This document shows positions 1-13,120 of a stretch of DNA of 64,000 bases, piece after piece. The stretch spans positions 325,970-389,969 of the forward strand of contig OZ199839.1 in NCBI GenBank assembly GCA_964304625.1, in the 5' to 3' direction. Origin of the DNA: Kudoa neothunni (lineage: Eukaryota > Animalia > Cnidaria). How positions within the stretch are numbered: the first letter of the stretch is position 1; each line of letters begins with the position of its first letter. Made by a program: the position numbers and the translations under genes. The notes under the pieces are model-generated. The model had not been told where the DNA came from. It saw only the letters and a list, made by a program, of their open reading frames with translations, and did not search any database.

Positions 1-21
1 CGGATAAACGGGGTTCGACTG
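1..21. mobile_element. Right terminal inverted repeat of a pogo/Tigger-like element that extends off the window
   Basis: The reverse complement reads CAGTCGAACCCCGTTTATCCG, with TA at 22-23. This is the same TIR style as the pogo element at 29208-31372. Confidence 0.55.
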
Positions 22-87
22 TAATTACCGCATTTTATATTACATAGCAAAAACTTAATGAATTATTGGAAATTTCGTAAAAACCTA

Positions 88-1833
88 AAGTCGATATTGG
101 ATATTGCGTAATTTTTTTGCGGCTCCAAAAATTACACAATGTCGAGACACGCGCACAAAAAAAATGCTTTATTTAAACATGTTTGACACGTTTATCTTAG
201 TTATAGTCAATTTAATTAATTATCTGATATATAAGAAAATTATTTCAAGTCGAAAAGAATAGAAATGTCGATTTTTATAAACAAGTGTAATAATTTTCAA
301 TTGATGTCGTTTTTTAGATGATAATTAAAATATTTGATTCACCATTGGAGTGAGAACTAAGATTAAAGATGCAGCTTCTTGAATAAATGATTTTCTTAAT
401 ATACTTACTGTCTTTCTAACATATTTTACGAAACTTTTGTTGGTACATTATCAGATTCTATTTTAATTTGAATTGGGGTTTTGTGATTGATGAAAATTGT
501 AATTTTCATTTTTATAGTTAAGAACGATGCCATCATTAAAGGTAATCTTCCTTGTTTTTGATCAATAATAAAAATTTCAAAGATATGGTTTTAATTTATA
601 AGTTGGTCCTTTTTACCATTTTTATCATCTCTTTCCGTCTCCCTGTCCTAACACAATCGGAATAAATTTAAATGTTCGCATTAGCTTTTATTTTCATAAT
701 ATATTGGATTTTTTGAAATGTTCACAATAATTTTTGTTGTAATGCAGTTCCATGCCATGCTTTTCGGATTTGAAATTGCATCACGTAAAGTGTATTTAGA
801 ATTTGATGAATCATCAAATAATATCACATGAGTACACATTATATTTTTTTAATTTTAAAACAATGAAATCACCCCTATATGGATTTGTTGGAAAATAACT
901 GTTGTATTTTTAGTTAAATAATCTTTATATTATCATAACAAAAGATTTCCTTTGGATGTGCTGGGCACTGGCCCAGCAAGATTAGCATCTTTACGTTCTT
1001 TGTCACCATTTTAGAATTTATCTTGTTCATTTCCTGAAAAATATAGCCAAAATCATCGAGAAATTTTTTGGAGCTCAATACACCTAGTGTATGTTTTAAT
1101 CCCCTTAAAACACCTAGGATTTCAATATTTTCAAAATATTGATAATGGCAAATTTTCTCTACATAAAAAGTGTGATACCAAAATCGTTATGGTTTTCTTG
1201 TTAACTTTATCCTTTGTGTCACTTTCCTTCCTTTAATACGTTACTGCTCATAAAACATAGCGGTATCATAAATATTTATTATCTCTTGGGCTATTGGTGT
1301 TTATCAAATTTTTACTTTTATAGATCCGTTAATTTATAGATGCGAGAATAATGTGCTCGCAGCTTCATCATGAAAATATTTAAAAATGATTCCAAATTTT
1401 TTTCAAACTTCGCTACACATCTCTTGCTTTCTTTATAATTTTGAACTTTATTCTTTTTTGCAATGATAATAAACGTTTTAATAATAAGTCTCCAGAAAGA
1501 ATTTGATTATACGTGTAATTTTTGATAAATTTCTTCACTTGTACCGATGAATCTTTTATTTAAATGCTTTTCTTATTTCCTGCTAAGTCTAAATTGTTCA
1601 GCTTGATTTCATGAGAAGGAATTCTGTCCGCATCGGCTGTCCTCGAATATATATATTCAGATATATCAAAAATAACCATACTATCAAGGATATATTTTTT
1701 AACCGTCATTTTTATGGCATCTTTAATTGTTTTTATTGAGATTAAACACCGTATTATTCTAATTTTCCCCAAAATATTACACTGTTTCCTTCATATATTG
1801 AAGGTAAAATTACGCAATATCCAATCTCGATTG
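88..1833 (-). mobile_element. TIR-bounded element containing a decayed Ty3/gypsy-type RNaseH-end plus integrase fragment
   Basis: 28-bp inverted repeats (88-115 AAGTCGATATTGGATATTGCGTAATTTT; 1806-1833 reverse complement CAATCGAGATTGGATATTGCGTAATTTT), each flanked by TA. Broken minus-strand frames give LAGPVPSTSKGN..FVMII.DYLTK, CEHLN and GRLPL (rve-integrase-like), plus ILDSMVIFDISEYIYSRTADAD (RNaseH C-terminal-like). Confidence 0.6.
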
Positions 1834-2520
1834 TATATAACAACCCTAAACCATATGACATAAGAAGAAAAATATTCGGAATTTAATTGGGAAATTCTAC
1901 TCCAAAATTAACCAAAAACAAAAAATACCACTCATTCAATTTATTATAAGTAAGCATTAGGTTTCTATTTCGCCCATCTCGCGTCTCAGTTCCATTTCAG
2001 TTTAATGATAATGGTTATTTTTTCCTATGAAAATATCTTTCATAACAAAAATATTTAAAATATAATCTGAAGAGAATATTTGACATATTTTTTAAATATG
2101 AGATATTTTTAATGTCGGAATCAAAAAAACTTAAATATTTTAATAATTGATATGACTAGTATTTTTCACATGCTTGCTTAGTTATCTTAGTAATAAGCCT
2201 TAATAAATGTGTATTTATTTTTGCAAAACTAAGTAACTATTATGTAAATTTAACGTTCAATAATTAGTTATTAAATTTTAACATAAAAAAAATTAAAATC
2301 AAAAAGCGTGTAATGAAAAAGTAGTCTTAGCGAAAGAATGATAATACAAATTCTTGTACGTCCTCGCGCATATCTATTTAAATTAATAAAATAAATTTGT
2401 GATAAAAAATAATAAAAAAATATCTAATGTAATTAGTTACGGGCGTGAAAGAACCAAAAATTACTCGAAAACACTAGAAAAATTTTAAAACGTCATTTTA
2501 TTTTTGACTCTATAATTTAG

Positions 2521-2968
2521 ACACAGAAGTAAACAACGAAAATTTAAAAATGAGTGAGCTGAGCGAATTGAATGAAATATTCAATCCAACACGTACTCCA
2601 GTATACATCTACCGAGGTTCACTTACATCCGTCCCTTGCACGGAAAACGTACTGTGGATGGTACTGAAATATCCTGCTATTATATCCTACGACACGGTAT
2701 AAAGATAAAATAACTGTGTGTGTGTTGGTGTGGCGGCAATGTTAAGTGTATATTCTAGTTTGAGCAACTAAGAAAATCTCGAATTCAGTCTCTGCAATCA
2801 ACCTCACAACGAGAGATCATGGAAGAAACAATCTCAACGAAAAAAACCCTAATTTCTCAAACATGCGACAATTTTAGGCCGCTACAAAACAACGCTAAAC
2901 AACAAGTGTACAAAGTTAACGAGCAATTGGACCATGCGAACAGATTCAAACTACTGAATTTTCCATAG
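2521..2968 (+). CDS. Alpha-carbonic anhydrase family protein, last two exons (2521-2696, 2759-2968); 5' exons lie upstream or are unresolved
   Basis: Spliced translation contains YIYRGSLTSVPCTENVLWMVL (canonical YxGSLTTPPCxExVxW) and DNFRPLQ. GT-AG intron 2697-2758; stop TAG at 2966-2968. Confidence 0.85.
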
Positions 2969-3041
2969 ACAACGATTAACCACACCAAAAAACTTACAAA
3001 ACATAATTGAAAAGTGCATAAAAACTTTAAAGTGTATAGTT

Positions 3042-6000
3042 TTATAAAGGCTCGTCTGATTTTTCCAAATTCCCAATCTCTACGTAACCCTCATTGTTCT
3101 CATCAGCAGGAATTCTAGCGGGGCTTTTCGGTTGGGTATCAAACACCTCTTTGAAAGGTGAAGAAAACTCTCCAATAGGGAGTATGGATATTTCATCGTT
3201 ATAATCATCTTCTTCATTTAATACATCATCATCATTAACATTACGAAGTTTGTTGTGGTCATCAGTATCATTGTTCGCAGCGATATTAGACGGAATAAGT
3301 GATCTTCTCAACGAAGTGCTTGCTTCTTCGTATACATCCGTAATGTTAATTGATTCAAGATATTTGATAATTTCCAATTGATCTACGTTTGTTCGAAATT
3401 CCGTGTTCTACACAACAAAAAATTAAAATCAAAACTAGGAACAATTCTGTCTACACTAAGTAGGTTGAGTTTTTTGTGCAGTTTGATTTTAGTTTTAAAA
3501 TAGCCGTTTTGAATTTTTCCTGAGGTTTCAGATGAAATAACTTCCGAGTTATCAGGCACTAATAATTGATAATAGTCAATATAATTGTGTGTCGGGGAAT
3601 TATATTGTAAATACGTATTTGTGTGATAAATTTGGTGTTTTTAAGAATTTCCTCATCACCAACTTTGTCGAAAAGGCCCAACTTGCTATACAACGGTAGG
3701 ATAAATCTAGGCGCCATCTAAAACAACAGTTGTAGTTTTAATTGAGTAATGTACAGTTTAAAATAACCCCCAAAACTCACATTGTTGAATAGAGACTCTA
3801 AAACATGACGAGGTTGATCAGCTTTCGAGAATTTTATATCATTAATATAAGGAGCATATTTGTTCGGCACCAGAGGATGACAATCAATGTTAGATTGTTC
3901 CACAGAGAATTCCACTTTACGACTAAACACCGGGAAATCACATAATACATTCGTCAAAATCGATATTTCCACATGACAAGGTGTCAAGTCAACGATATTT
4001 ATCACTTTGGTGATATTTGAAAAATTATTACATTGAAACTATAAAAAAATTGTTTGTTATAAATCAAAGCATCTGGAAAACAAAGGATTCACTTTGAGAG
4101 TGGTTTTATAGAAGTTGTCTTTCATGTGGAATTTTTCATTGGGACAGGTTACATTGCTAACATACGTTTGAGTGTGAGTACCCTCTGTGGTGATTAACGA
4201 ATCGAAATTAACATTCCTCATATTCTAAAACATTTAATATTTAGAAAATTTCGATCATTTATTTCAAAAAATCCTCAAATTGAGTTTTTTTTCAATTATC
4301 CCCAAAATAACTGGTTAGTCAATAAGCAAAATAATAGCAATCTATTTAATCGTCGCCATGTTGGTGACTGACTTCCAATACATACATATATGTATATAAA
4401 GTTCTTATGTCTGTCAGTGTGTTTGATAGAAAAAGTAAGCGTGTGAAGTGGATAAACATTTTTTAAATACAGCTATTAGTTTGCATTCGAATAGATGGTA
4501 CTATTAATAAAAATCGTTCATTTACTTAGAAGTATAAATATAATCAATATCGCAGGCAGAAATAAGCAATTTTCTGGTTATCTACATCAATTAACAGATT
4601 AAAGAGTACCTGCACAATATATAATATTGATGTTTGTTCACTCCAGAGTGATACTCAAATAGAATAAACTTTTACTCACTATACACAAAGAGAATCTGTT
4701 AATTATGATATAGAATGTTATATATGCCTGTTTGGAGTAATTGTAAGACAAATAAAACTATTAACGTCACATTTACAAGAGATGTAGCATTTATCTTAAA
4801 ATTTTAAGAATAACCAAATTATTTATGATGTATTTTCATTTTTCAAATGTTATAGATATAACTAAGTGGGAAGATTATGATCATTTTAAATAAATGATAA
4901 TAAGTTGTTGCCACGTTGGAATAATTTTGGTCTCTATACGCATTCTAAAAACGATGCAAGGTGTGTGTAGAGTTTTCAAATCATTAAATTTTTGTGATAG
5001 CTTCTCAAATGAAGATTTCTTTTTATCAAATATATCGACTGAGATTGAAACTATATTCAACGTTCGATAAGTGTTTACTCATCTTTTGGTTATTCTAAAC
5101 TTTCTTGCAAAACAGCTAGCATGACTAATTCGATAAGTTTCTATATTTGACGAGATAACTTTTTAAATCATGTTTAAGTACTTAGTAACCTAATTATTCC
5201 TTACCTCCCAGCTAGACTTTAAGACTAATATTCAAATCGATATATAATTTTCTTTTCGCTAAAAATAATTCATCATGATATAAAAGCTGTATGAAAATAT
5301 GCGAAACCGCATTCTATACGTAGTTTAAGAATTTATATTCACCATTATTTTTGCACAAAGTACAATCCCCTCTCAATCTCAATACATACCATGTAAATTA
5401 ATAAGAAATTATTGTTCTATTCGGTCGTCTAACTTATACTTTCACAAAGTTTTGGTTAATCTAAGAAATGTTAAGTACAAAGAAATTCATTTAGAACAAT
5501 CATACAGATTTCATTTTTAAAAACGGTGCACACCTTCGAGAAATCCAGTTGATATTTAAATATTTAAGCATTACTGTAATTTTTCAAATCAATAACACCT
5601 TTACATTTTAGATTTAATCGTATTTTGTTAATTAAATTTGTGTATTTTTGAACCAGTAAATATTAATGTAAAAAATTGTATTTATTAAAAAATCGGAAAT
5701 TACATCAAAATAAATTGTGAACACGTAAGTTACTGCTCACAGCTTTTTAAAACCTCATTAACATCCTTTAAAAAATTGCAAAAAGAAGTAACAATTAATA
5801 TTTTTATTTCTGACGCATCTTGGGTTGTGTTTAGTTTTTTTCTTATCATTTGTAAACTAATAATACATTTAATAACCAGAAGGATTAATTTTTATTGCAA
5901 AATTTTGAGAAGAATTAAAATTCCTATTTAAGTTACTAAATGAACTTTAATCGTTAATTATATCGCTCATAAAATTTAGGTCATTATATTTTTGGTCAAT

Positions 6001-7388
6001 AATTTAGAAAATAAATTTAAAAATACCCCTTAATTTCTCTCAATACCTTTAATCATACTTGAATGGAAAGTGCGCGCATAATTTTGTTTTTCTAAATCAT
6101 CACATTGCAGACATAATTACATACTTGAAAATGCATCAATTAAAACACAAAACTAAAAGTTAACATTTCCCACCAAACGGTACCAGGCAAAGCTGGGAAG
6201 TAGTGCTAGTTTTCTAATATAGTTGTTGTTTGTCATGACTTGATTATAAATATCTGCGTAAATCTACGAATTTCAATAAGTTTTCTAATCTATTTTGATG
6301 CTACATCGTTAATAAAAGTTTTTGTTGGGGATAACATAATTTTGCATTTTAATAAATATCGAAAAAAACTTACTAAAAAATGTTAAGCGAATCAGAGCTA
6401 ATAAAAAATCAAATCAAATAAAAGTAATTAAATCATAGCGTTCATTATCTCAAGACAATAAATGAGTAGTTGTTTGGATTAAAGTGAAAATGTTTAGAGA
6501 ATTTACAGATTAAATATTATAGGGAAAATAAATAAATAAAGAGTAAATTACCAATTCATCAGTAGTCCAAAATTGGTCGTTGGAAAATCTACCAATATCA
6601 GTCACATTTTGATGGAAATTGTCTAAATTAAAATACCACCATAAAAACATTAGATATCGTCAAATCTACCTCGAAATTGAAACCGAGTTACACCAGCATA
6701 ATAACAGATCAAGTAGATGTAATCGTAATTATGCATTGGCTATAAAGAAATAATTGTTAAAACAACCACATCATAAACCAATATAACAATAACTATAACT
6801 ATAACAACAACGACAACGATACGCAATGAACTTAACAAAAAACTCTCATAAACGTTATTAGCAAAAATTTTAAAGCACTAATCGAATAACAGACAAATAT
6901 CATAAGCCAAGCCATTTAAATAAATATCCATTACGATAAATAATAACGAAAATATACCACCGCCAAGGAGCATTTGTTTTTGAACGTTAACAAATTCTCG
7001 ATAAGGTCGTCGTAAGTTTTTAGTTGATTGGAGATACCGAAGGCTCCTACTGCTGTGGAGTTTGTTGGAGTAGATTCCGACAACAATTTAAACGAGAGAT
7101 CATTCTCAGCAAATCTCTTCAATAGTTCGATCGAACATACATACTTGTTCAAACCTTGTACAACGTATTCGTGTTGGTCGGTGGTATCCTATAATCTATT
7201 ATAACACATACACACCAAATACAACTCTATTATACCTTTTCAAGCACTGGTTCGAGGTGGAATTTCACAGAGTATTGTAGGTTTCGGAACATTAAAAAGT
7301 TGTTGTCGTCAAACACATTGCAACCAACGTTTAATATAGTTGTCAAAATTGAAAGAGTCAAAATGATGGACTTTGTTCTGGTGATCAT
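3042..7388 (-). CDS. OS9: OS-9/Yos9-like ER lectin (MRH domain), 9 exons, divergent
   Basis: Phase-consistent exons 7388-7236, 7188-6958, 6739-6670, 6622-6552, 4224-4093, 4038-3781, 3717-3615, then two more ending at 3042. Signal peptide, then MRH-like Cys pattern: KCSLAV..YIYLICYY..HTQTYVSNVTC..FQC..VDLTPCHVEISILTNVLCDFP..IDCHPL. Acidic C-terminal region. Confidence 0.75.
4374..6209 (+). mobile_element. Non-autonomous Helitron-like element inside the 2.3-kb OS9 intron
   Basis: 5' TC..TATATAAAG start (boundary approximate). 3' hairpin CCAGGCAAAGCTGG (6183-6196) followed by CTAG (6206-6209) and T. About 1.2 kb is repeated at 22.7-24.0 kb. Confidence 0.65.
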
Positions 7389-7762
7389 CGGACTACAACC
7401 ACAAAATTATTATCATGTCACATCTGCGCATGCCTATACAATCTAAGACCTAACAAGAATTTCTCCAAGCAAACTTCAGTATTATCCATGAAATAGTATG
7501 AGATCGTTGGACATAATTACAACTATAGTAAAATAAATTGGATAATGTGAAAAAATTTTATTAAAGTTGGTGACGGGTAACTTGAACGTTGGGGACAACA
7601 CCCAAAAAATAATCCTACAAAATTAATTAGAATTTTGCGTAATAAAATTTTTAAAATATTTATTTGAAATGTGAAGCTTTTTAACGACATCTTATCAATT
7701 TGAGGAAATATATTTGGATAACAACCGGTGTCGTGGAATTTCGTGTGAAGTGGAATTACAGC

Positions 7763-8474
7763 AATGGACCGGTCCGTACGTACATTAGTTATTTTACATA
7801 TTAATAGGTTCTCTAGTATTTTGGAAAATGATTTGGAAAATGATTTAATGTTATTATTACTCACTTTAAATAATTTATAAGCATAATTAGTACGAAAAAA
7901 CAACAAACAAAAAGTCACGTGAGGGCCGGTCGTACTTAACTTTTTGCCTTGACTTTGACCGCGTGATCGAGTTGATTAAATTAATCGTTTTCTTCCTTTT
8001 TTTGCTACGATTAAACAATCGGAACGTTATTATAATTATACCAGTGGGCTAGCTAATTGAAAAATGAAGGATAAACATAGACCCATGTTGTAGATACATA
8101 GCAGTGTGGTTTATAATGATGTCCTCTCTAATTCATAGAAATAACAATGGTGCAATGACACTCCCTCTCGAATAATTTATAAACAAAAGATTATTTTATT
8201 AATACAAAATTGAGCCTTTCGGAGATGGCCTTATTTTATTTAGAAACATTTGGCAACTATTTTAAACATCACGGTTGAAAAAAATGGGAGTTAATATCTG
8301 ACTCTATTCCAGATGTTTATTCATTTTTAAAACGTAATTTAAACAAAAAAATAATTGTCTTTTCATTAATATTTAAGTTATAGCCAGTTTTGTGTTTTAA
8401 TATTTTGTGCGCTTGCGCAAGAAGGTACATACATTTTCCTCGTCCCCAAGGGGATTACGTACGACCAATCCATT
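7763..8474. mobile_element. Possible MITE (imperfect terminal inverted repeat)
   Basis: AATGGACCGGTCCGTACGTA at 7763 versus reverse complement AATGGATTGGTCGTACGTA ending at 8474. No clear TSD or coding remnant. Confidence 0.35.
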
Positions 8475-8779
8475 AATGTACTTTTTTTATTCTCAATCCA
8501 AACTACTCATTAAACAGATAGTTGTTGTATTTTTTTATTAATAATAAAATGATAAAGGATTATCGTTTTCATTTCATAAAAATATAAACTTCTCGTTAGT
8601 TACACCTTTGTTAAAACTTGATAAAAATAATGATACCTCATCAACTTTGTGTTAAAAAATTACATAGCATTAATAGAGGAGAAAGTTATCACAATGGGTG
8701 AAAAACCTCCGAAAGAATTGAGATTATTCCCAGTGGATTATTACGTTTCAACTGGATAAGATGTTATCAAAAATACCTT

Positions 8780-8820
<41 letters not shown>

Positions 8821-9652
8821 GAGTCTTTGTCGTTTATCCGTACGAAATTCGAATTCATTACGCGAGTAACGATGACTCATTTATGAATTCCATATGAAAC
8901 CAGTCTTATACAGCGTCAATTACTACGAAACTAACGTCATGTTATATGACAGAAGGTACCTGATAATACGTAATCCTTTAGTTACTGCCAAAAAAGTGCG
9001 TATTAAATAGTGCAAAGGATAGCGCACGGTTAATTTTACTTGTGTTTTCGTTATTTTTAGGCATGAGTAGTACAACTTTTTTTTAGGTGAGAATAATTAA
9101 AAATAAAATATTGAGATCATTCGGCTGAAAAATGATTTTTAAATTTTGTTTAAACCATATTTTTTGATAAAATATTTATATCTTATTACAATTGGATAAG
9201 ATGTAGTAAATAGTCGGTCCTATAAAATTATAAATGTTATTTTATTTCTTATTTATTTTTAGCGCCATTTGAAAAAAAAAAGCTTGTATATTCTGAACTT
9301 AGAAATTTTAAATAAGTTCATCCGACTAGTTAATTTGCATACTGTAAAATATCTAAAGACGATTATTATTGCGAGTATAGATACGTTTTGAAATAATAGA
9401 AAATATTTCCAATATTCATATAAAGATTCAACTTTTTAATTTAAATTTTACCCTCGTTTGCAATAATCAAAAAGAGAATCTACGTGGTTTGGCCGAAAAA
9501 AGTGTTATTATCGACCAGTCACGTGATGCATCAAATTCGTAACTCTCTAGTTTAATTCAAAAATATTATTAAACATATAACCTAATATAAATGTTGAATA
9601 CGTCGTATTGATGAAAGTGTTTACTATCTATAAGTTACCCATTGTCATTGGA

Positions 9653-11361
9653 CAGTATTTCAACATCAAATTGCAATTGATGCATGCTCGGCAAAATGTG
9701 CCAAATGGAACCGAACTCTTTAAGATTATAATGGGCATTACTTAATTAAATCAATATAGTCTGATCTGAAAATGTATATTTAATTTTATTAATTTACTTT
9801 AATAATCAAAAAAAAGAAACTTGAATATTTTAACTTGGGCCTTTATTTTGACAAAATAGAATTATTTCAAAATAAATAAAATATTCCGTCATTTTATGCA
9901 TTGAAAACATGGTTTTTCTGGTGGATTCATTAATTTATTTATAAACATCCTTATTTAGGTTTATATCAAGTATGCAAAAATACATCGACATTTTTCTGGA
10001 AGAAATCATTTATTAGTGAATATTTATTTTAAGATAATTATATTTCCCATCCAATTCGTTCTCCTTATAAAAGTTTATTTATCTTTATTGAATTTGACGC
10101 TATATATCTATCAGTATAATGCGGTGCAAAAAGTTTCCCCCAACAAATATATTCCTAAAATAACAAAAAATAATATATGATAGATAATTTCAGAATTAAA
10201 GCATCTAGTGAAGTATGTTTCTGTGTGATTAAAATAATTCGAGCATCGCTGAGAAGATATTTCTTGGGGTGAGTTCTCCGTTGCTTTAATCAAAGCATTT
10301 TTATTTTGTGGATTTTTACTCCTAACAACGGATTAAAGATGATGAAATAACTCCTCAATGAGGTTTGAGAACGGAAATATAGTTGAAGAAAGAGACTTTG
10401 TGTCTATTCGTATTAATAATGCTCACGACATCAGTTTTATGAAACTTCACATTTTCCATGATTATGAATGAATTTGGAACGTTATTTTCATCAGAATCTG
10501 ACAAAAGTTTGTTGATATAATTCGAAAAAACTGTTGAACTCATTGACTCTTCACATAATTTGAAGGTCCAAAGTTTTGTGTAGACGGTGGATGCTATCAA
10601 AGTGATATTCGTTGATCGGATAGAACTAACCACTCGGTTTGATCTAGTTTCAACTAATGATCGACCAAAGGTTCTTCGCATTGGCAGCAAAAATCCAGAT
10701 TCATCGTTGAACACGATAGGGGGTAACTCTGGCTTTAAATTAAGATATTGTAAAATATAGCTAAAATTATTTAGATTAAAGCTAAATCAACAACAACTTT
10801 TTTTTAAATATGTTCTTGAGCAAATTTCGGGCGACAGGGATTAGGGATATTTTTTTAGGAAGCAATGGAAACTCACCAAAACTTTGCTTATGGTTTGCCT
10901 CAACACATTTATTTTGTATTTTGTTTTTAATGCATCTCCAAGTGATTTTAATGCAAAAGTGCAATCGAAATCGACACATTCAAGTATTTATTTTTTTGTT
11001 CAATGCTTAAAATAGATCGAATATCTCCACCACTCTTTTTATTAGAAGAAACAAATGTAGCGTTGAACTATTTTATTATTCGGCTAACAGTAAGTACTAG
11101 GATGACATTTGACGGCATAAGCAATCTGCTGCTTTCTATTTTCCCCTTTAAAATAAAATTTAATATAATTTCAAATTAACATAATCAAACATCGTTAAAT
11201 TTAAGAATAGCTGCTCTTGTGGTGGAATCAATTTTTGAATATTGTTTTCTCGGTAGAATTCTAATTGTTTAAGTTATAAACTCTGAGTCGCTTGAACAGT
11301 AGTCAAGTTAGTTCTCTTTTTTTTACGCGAGCGCCGATTGCAATTTGATGTTGAAATAGTG
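9653..11361 (-). mobile_element. Tc1/IS630-family DNA transposon with decayed transposase
   Basis: About 25-bp TIRs CA(G/C)TATTTCAACATCAAATTGCAAT, with TA on the right side. ORF 10355-10714 carries FNDESGF..RRTFGRS..NITLIAS..IIMENVKFHK (DDE_3-like). Confidence 0.85.
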
Positions 11362-13120
11362 TATAAAATTTAACCATAATTAAATCCTCATTTGTAATTT
11401 GTAGCTCACCATGCGGGAATAATACCGTGATTAACAGATCGAATTGGGTAAATGTGATAAAATCAGCGCTCACATTTTAATATTATAGTTTCTGAAGATG
11501 TCTAGATGAATGAAAAACAAAATCTAATATATTAAATTTCATTAAAAACAATAAATGATGAAGGTACGCCACGCAAATACATTGTTATTGTGTGGTAATT
11601 ATCTGTTTAAGTTGGAAGTAGTGAAATAGAGTTTGAGTATATTTACAGAGAGCGACCAATTTTGCGCAGTTTTCTAAAAACATTTTAATTTAATAATATT
11701 AAATAAGCAGTAATTTTATTTTAACATTAGAATATTGTATAAATATTAAGTTAATAATAATTTTATTTAAAGTTTTGAATATTGCATAAACATCAAACAA
11801 GTAATAGTCATATTTTAATTATCGAACATTTTAAGGATTTGTAGCCAAACAAAAATAAAATGAGACAGTAGGGCCCTAATGAAAAATCACGTGATTAACC
11901 AGCTTATGTGATTTGTTAGGTGGATATTATTTTTATGTACCCAACAACGAATCAAATTAAATAAGAAATTTTATATCATCGTTAGATGTAAAACAAAAAG
12001 CAGGTGGTTATTGGTATGGGAAATAATATTTGTATTTTACTAGTTTTGACTATATTTAATTAATGTTGGTTCCTAAGAGCAAATAAACGACTCCAAAATA
12101 ATTTGAGGTAGAAGAATAAAAAAAGTGAAATTTGTAAACAGCTTTTGAGTAGATGTTCATAAGATCAAAAGTGTAGCTGCGCATGCGTGGACGCCTTTTT
12201 GAATTAAATTTTACTATGCAAATAGCTTCTGCTTAATAATTTAACATAATAGCCGCTTCCAATAAGATGCGAAAAATTTTATCATGAAGCTATTTTGACA
12301 TGTTATAAGTTAACATACATAATGGAATTTTAAAAATTATCGAGTATTTATGTAACAAGTATTGAATTAGATTGTTTATGTTAATCTGGGAACTTAAATT
12401 AGCGAAAACATTCGTGTTTAATGCCAACAAGCTTAAAATGAATTCGATGAAAATTATAAAAATTTAAGTAGTTTTTAAGTGGCAATTTGATGAAATAGTA
12501 TCGAAAGAAATTTCATCTATAAATATAATCTATGGTGTGTTTTTAATATAAAAAAGTATAATATAAATAGAATAATTTTTACAGCAAGATTTCCGCTTTT
12601 TATTCAAATGTTATTTCTAGCTGGAGAGCCTGAAACAATTATTACACATGGAATATTCACCAATTTATTTACAATATGTATGAGGATTCTTCATTAAACT
12701 CCCAATCACGTTTGAAAAAATTAAAATTTTAAGCATTTTGTCATTAATTAGAAAGTTGTATAGCGATAGATAAAATCGATAATACAGATTATAAGCCTCA
12801 AAAAAGACTTTGACTATATTGAAAAGTGCGAAAAATATATTTAATTTATGATATTTTGTTATATGTACCTATTTATTACAAATTTTTATTTAAAGGGCGG
12901 TATAAATTAAAATCTTGGGAATTTGTAAATGGATTCATCAACACTCTGTTTTGCCATATGTCAAGATATATATTTTACTACATGACGTGACGACAAGCGC
13001 AACAATATTCGCTGAAACTATTAAAGTGTTTATATTACCAACTTGTGCAAAATAATGAATTTTTTCCATTAATGATTCTTCATTTGTATAAACACACCAT
13101 TGCTGTAAGAATCTATTTAA

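Noticed and set aside
7523-7918. 131-aa minus-strand ORF and other short AT-rich ORFs in the track
   Set aside because: Low-complexity F/I/K/L/N-rich translations typical of non-coding AT-rich DNA; this one overlaps a probable MITE end.
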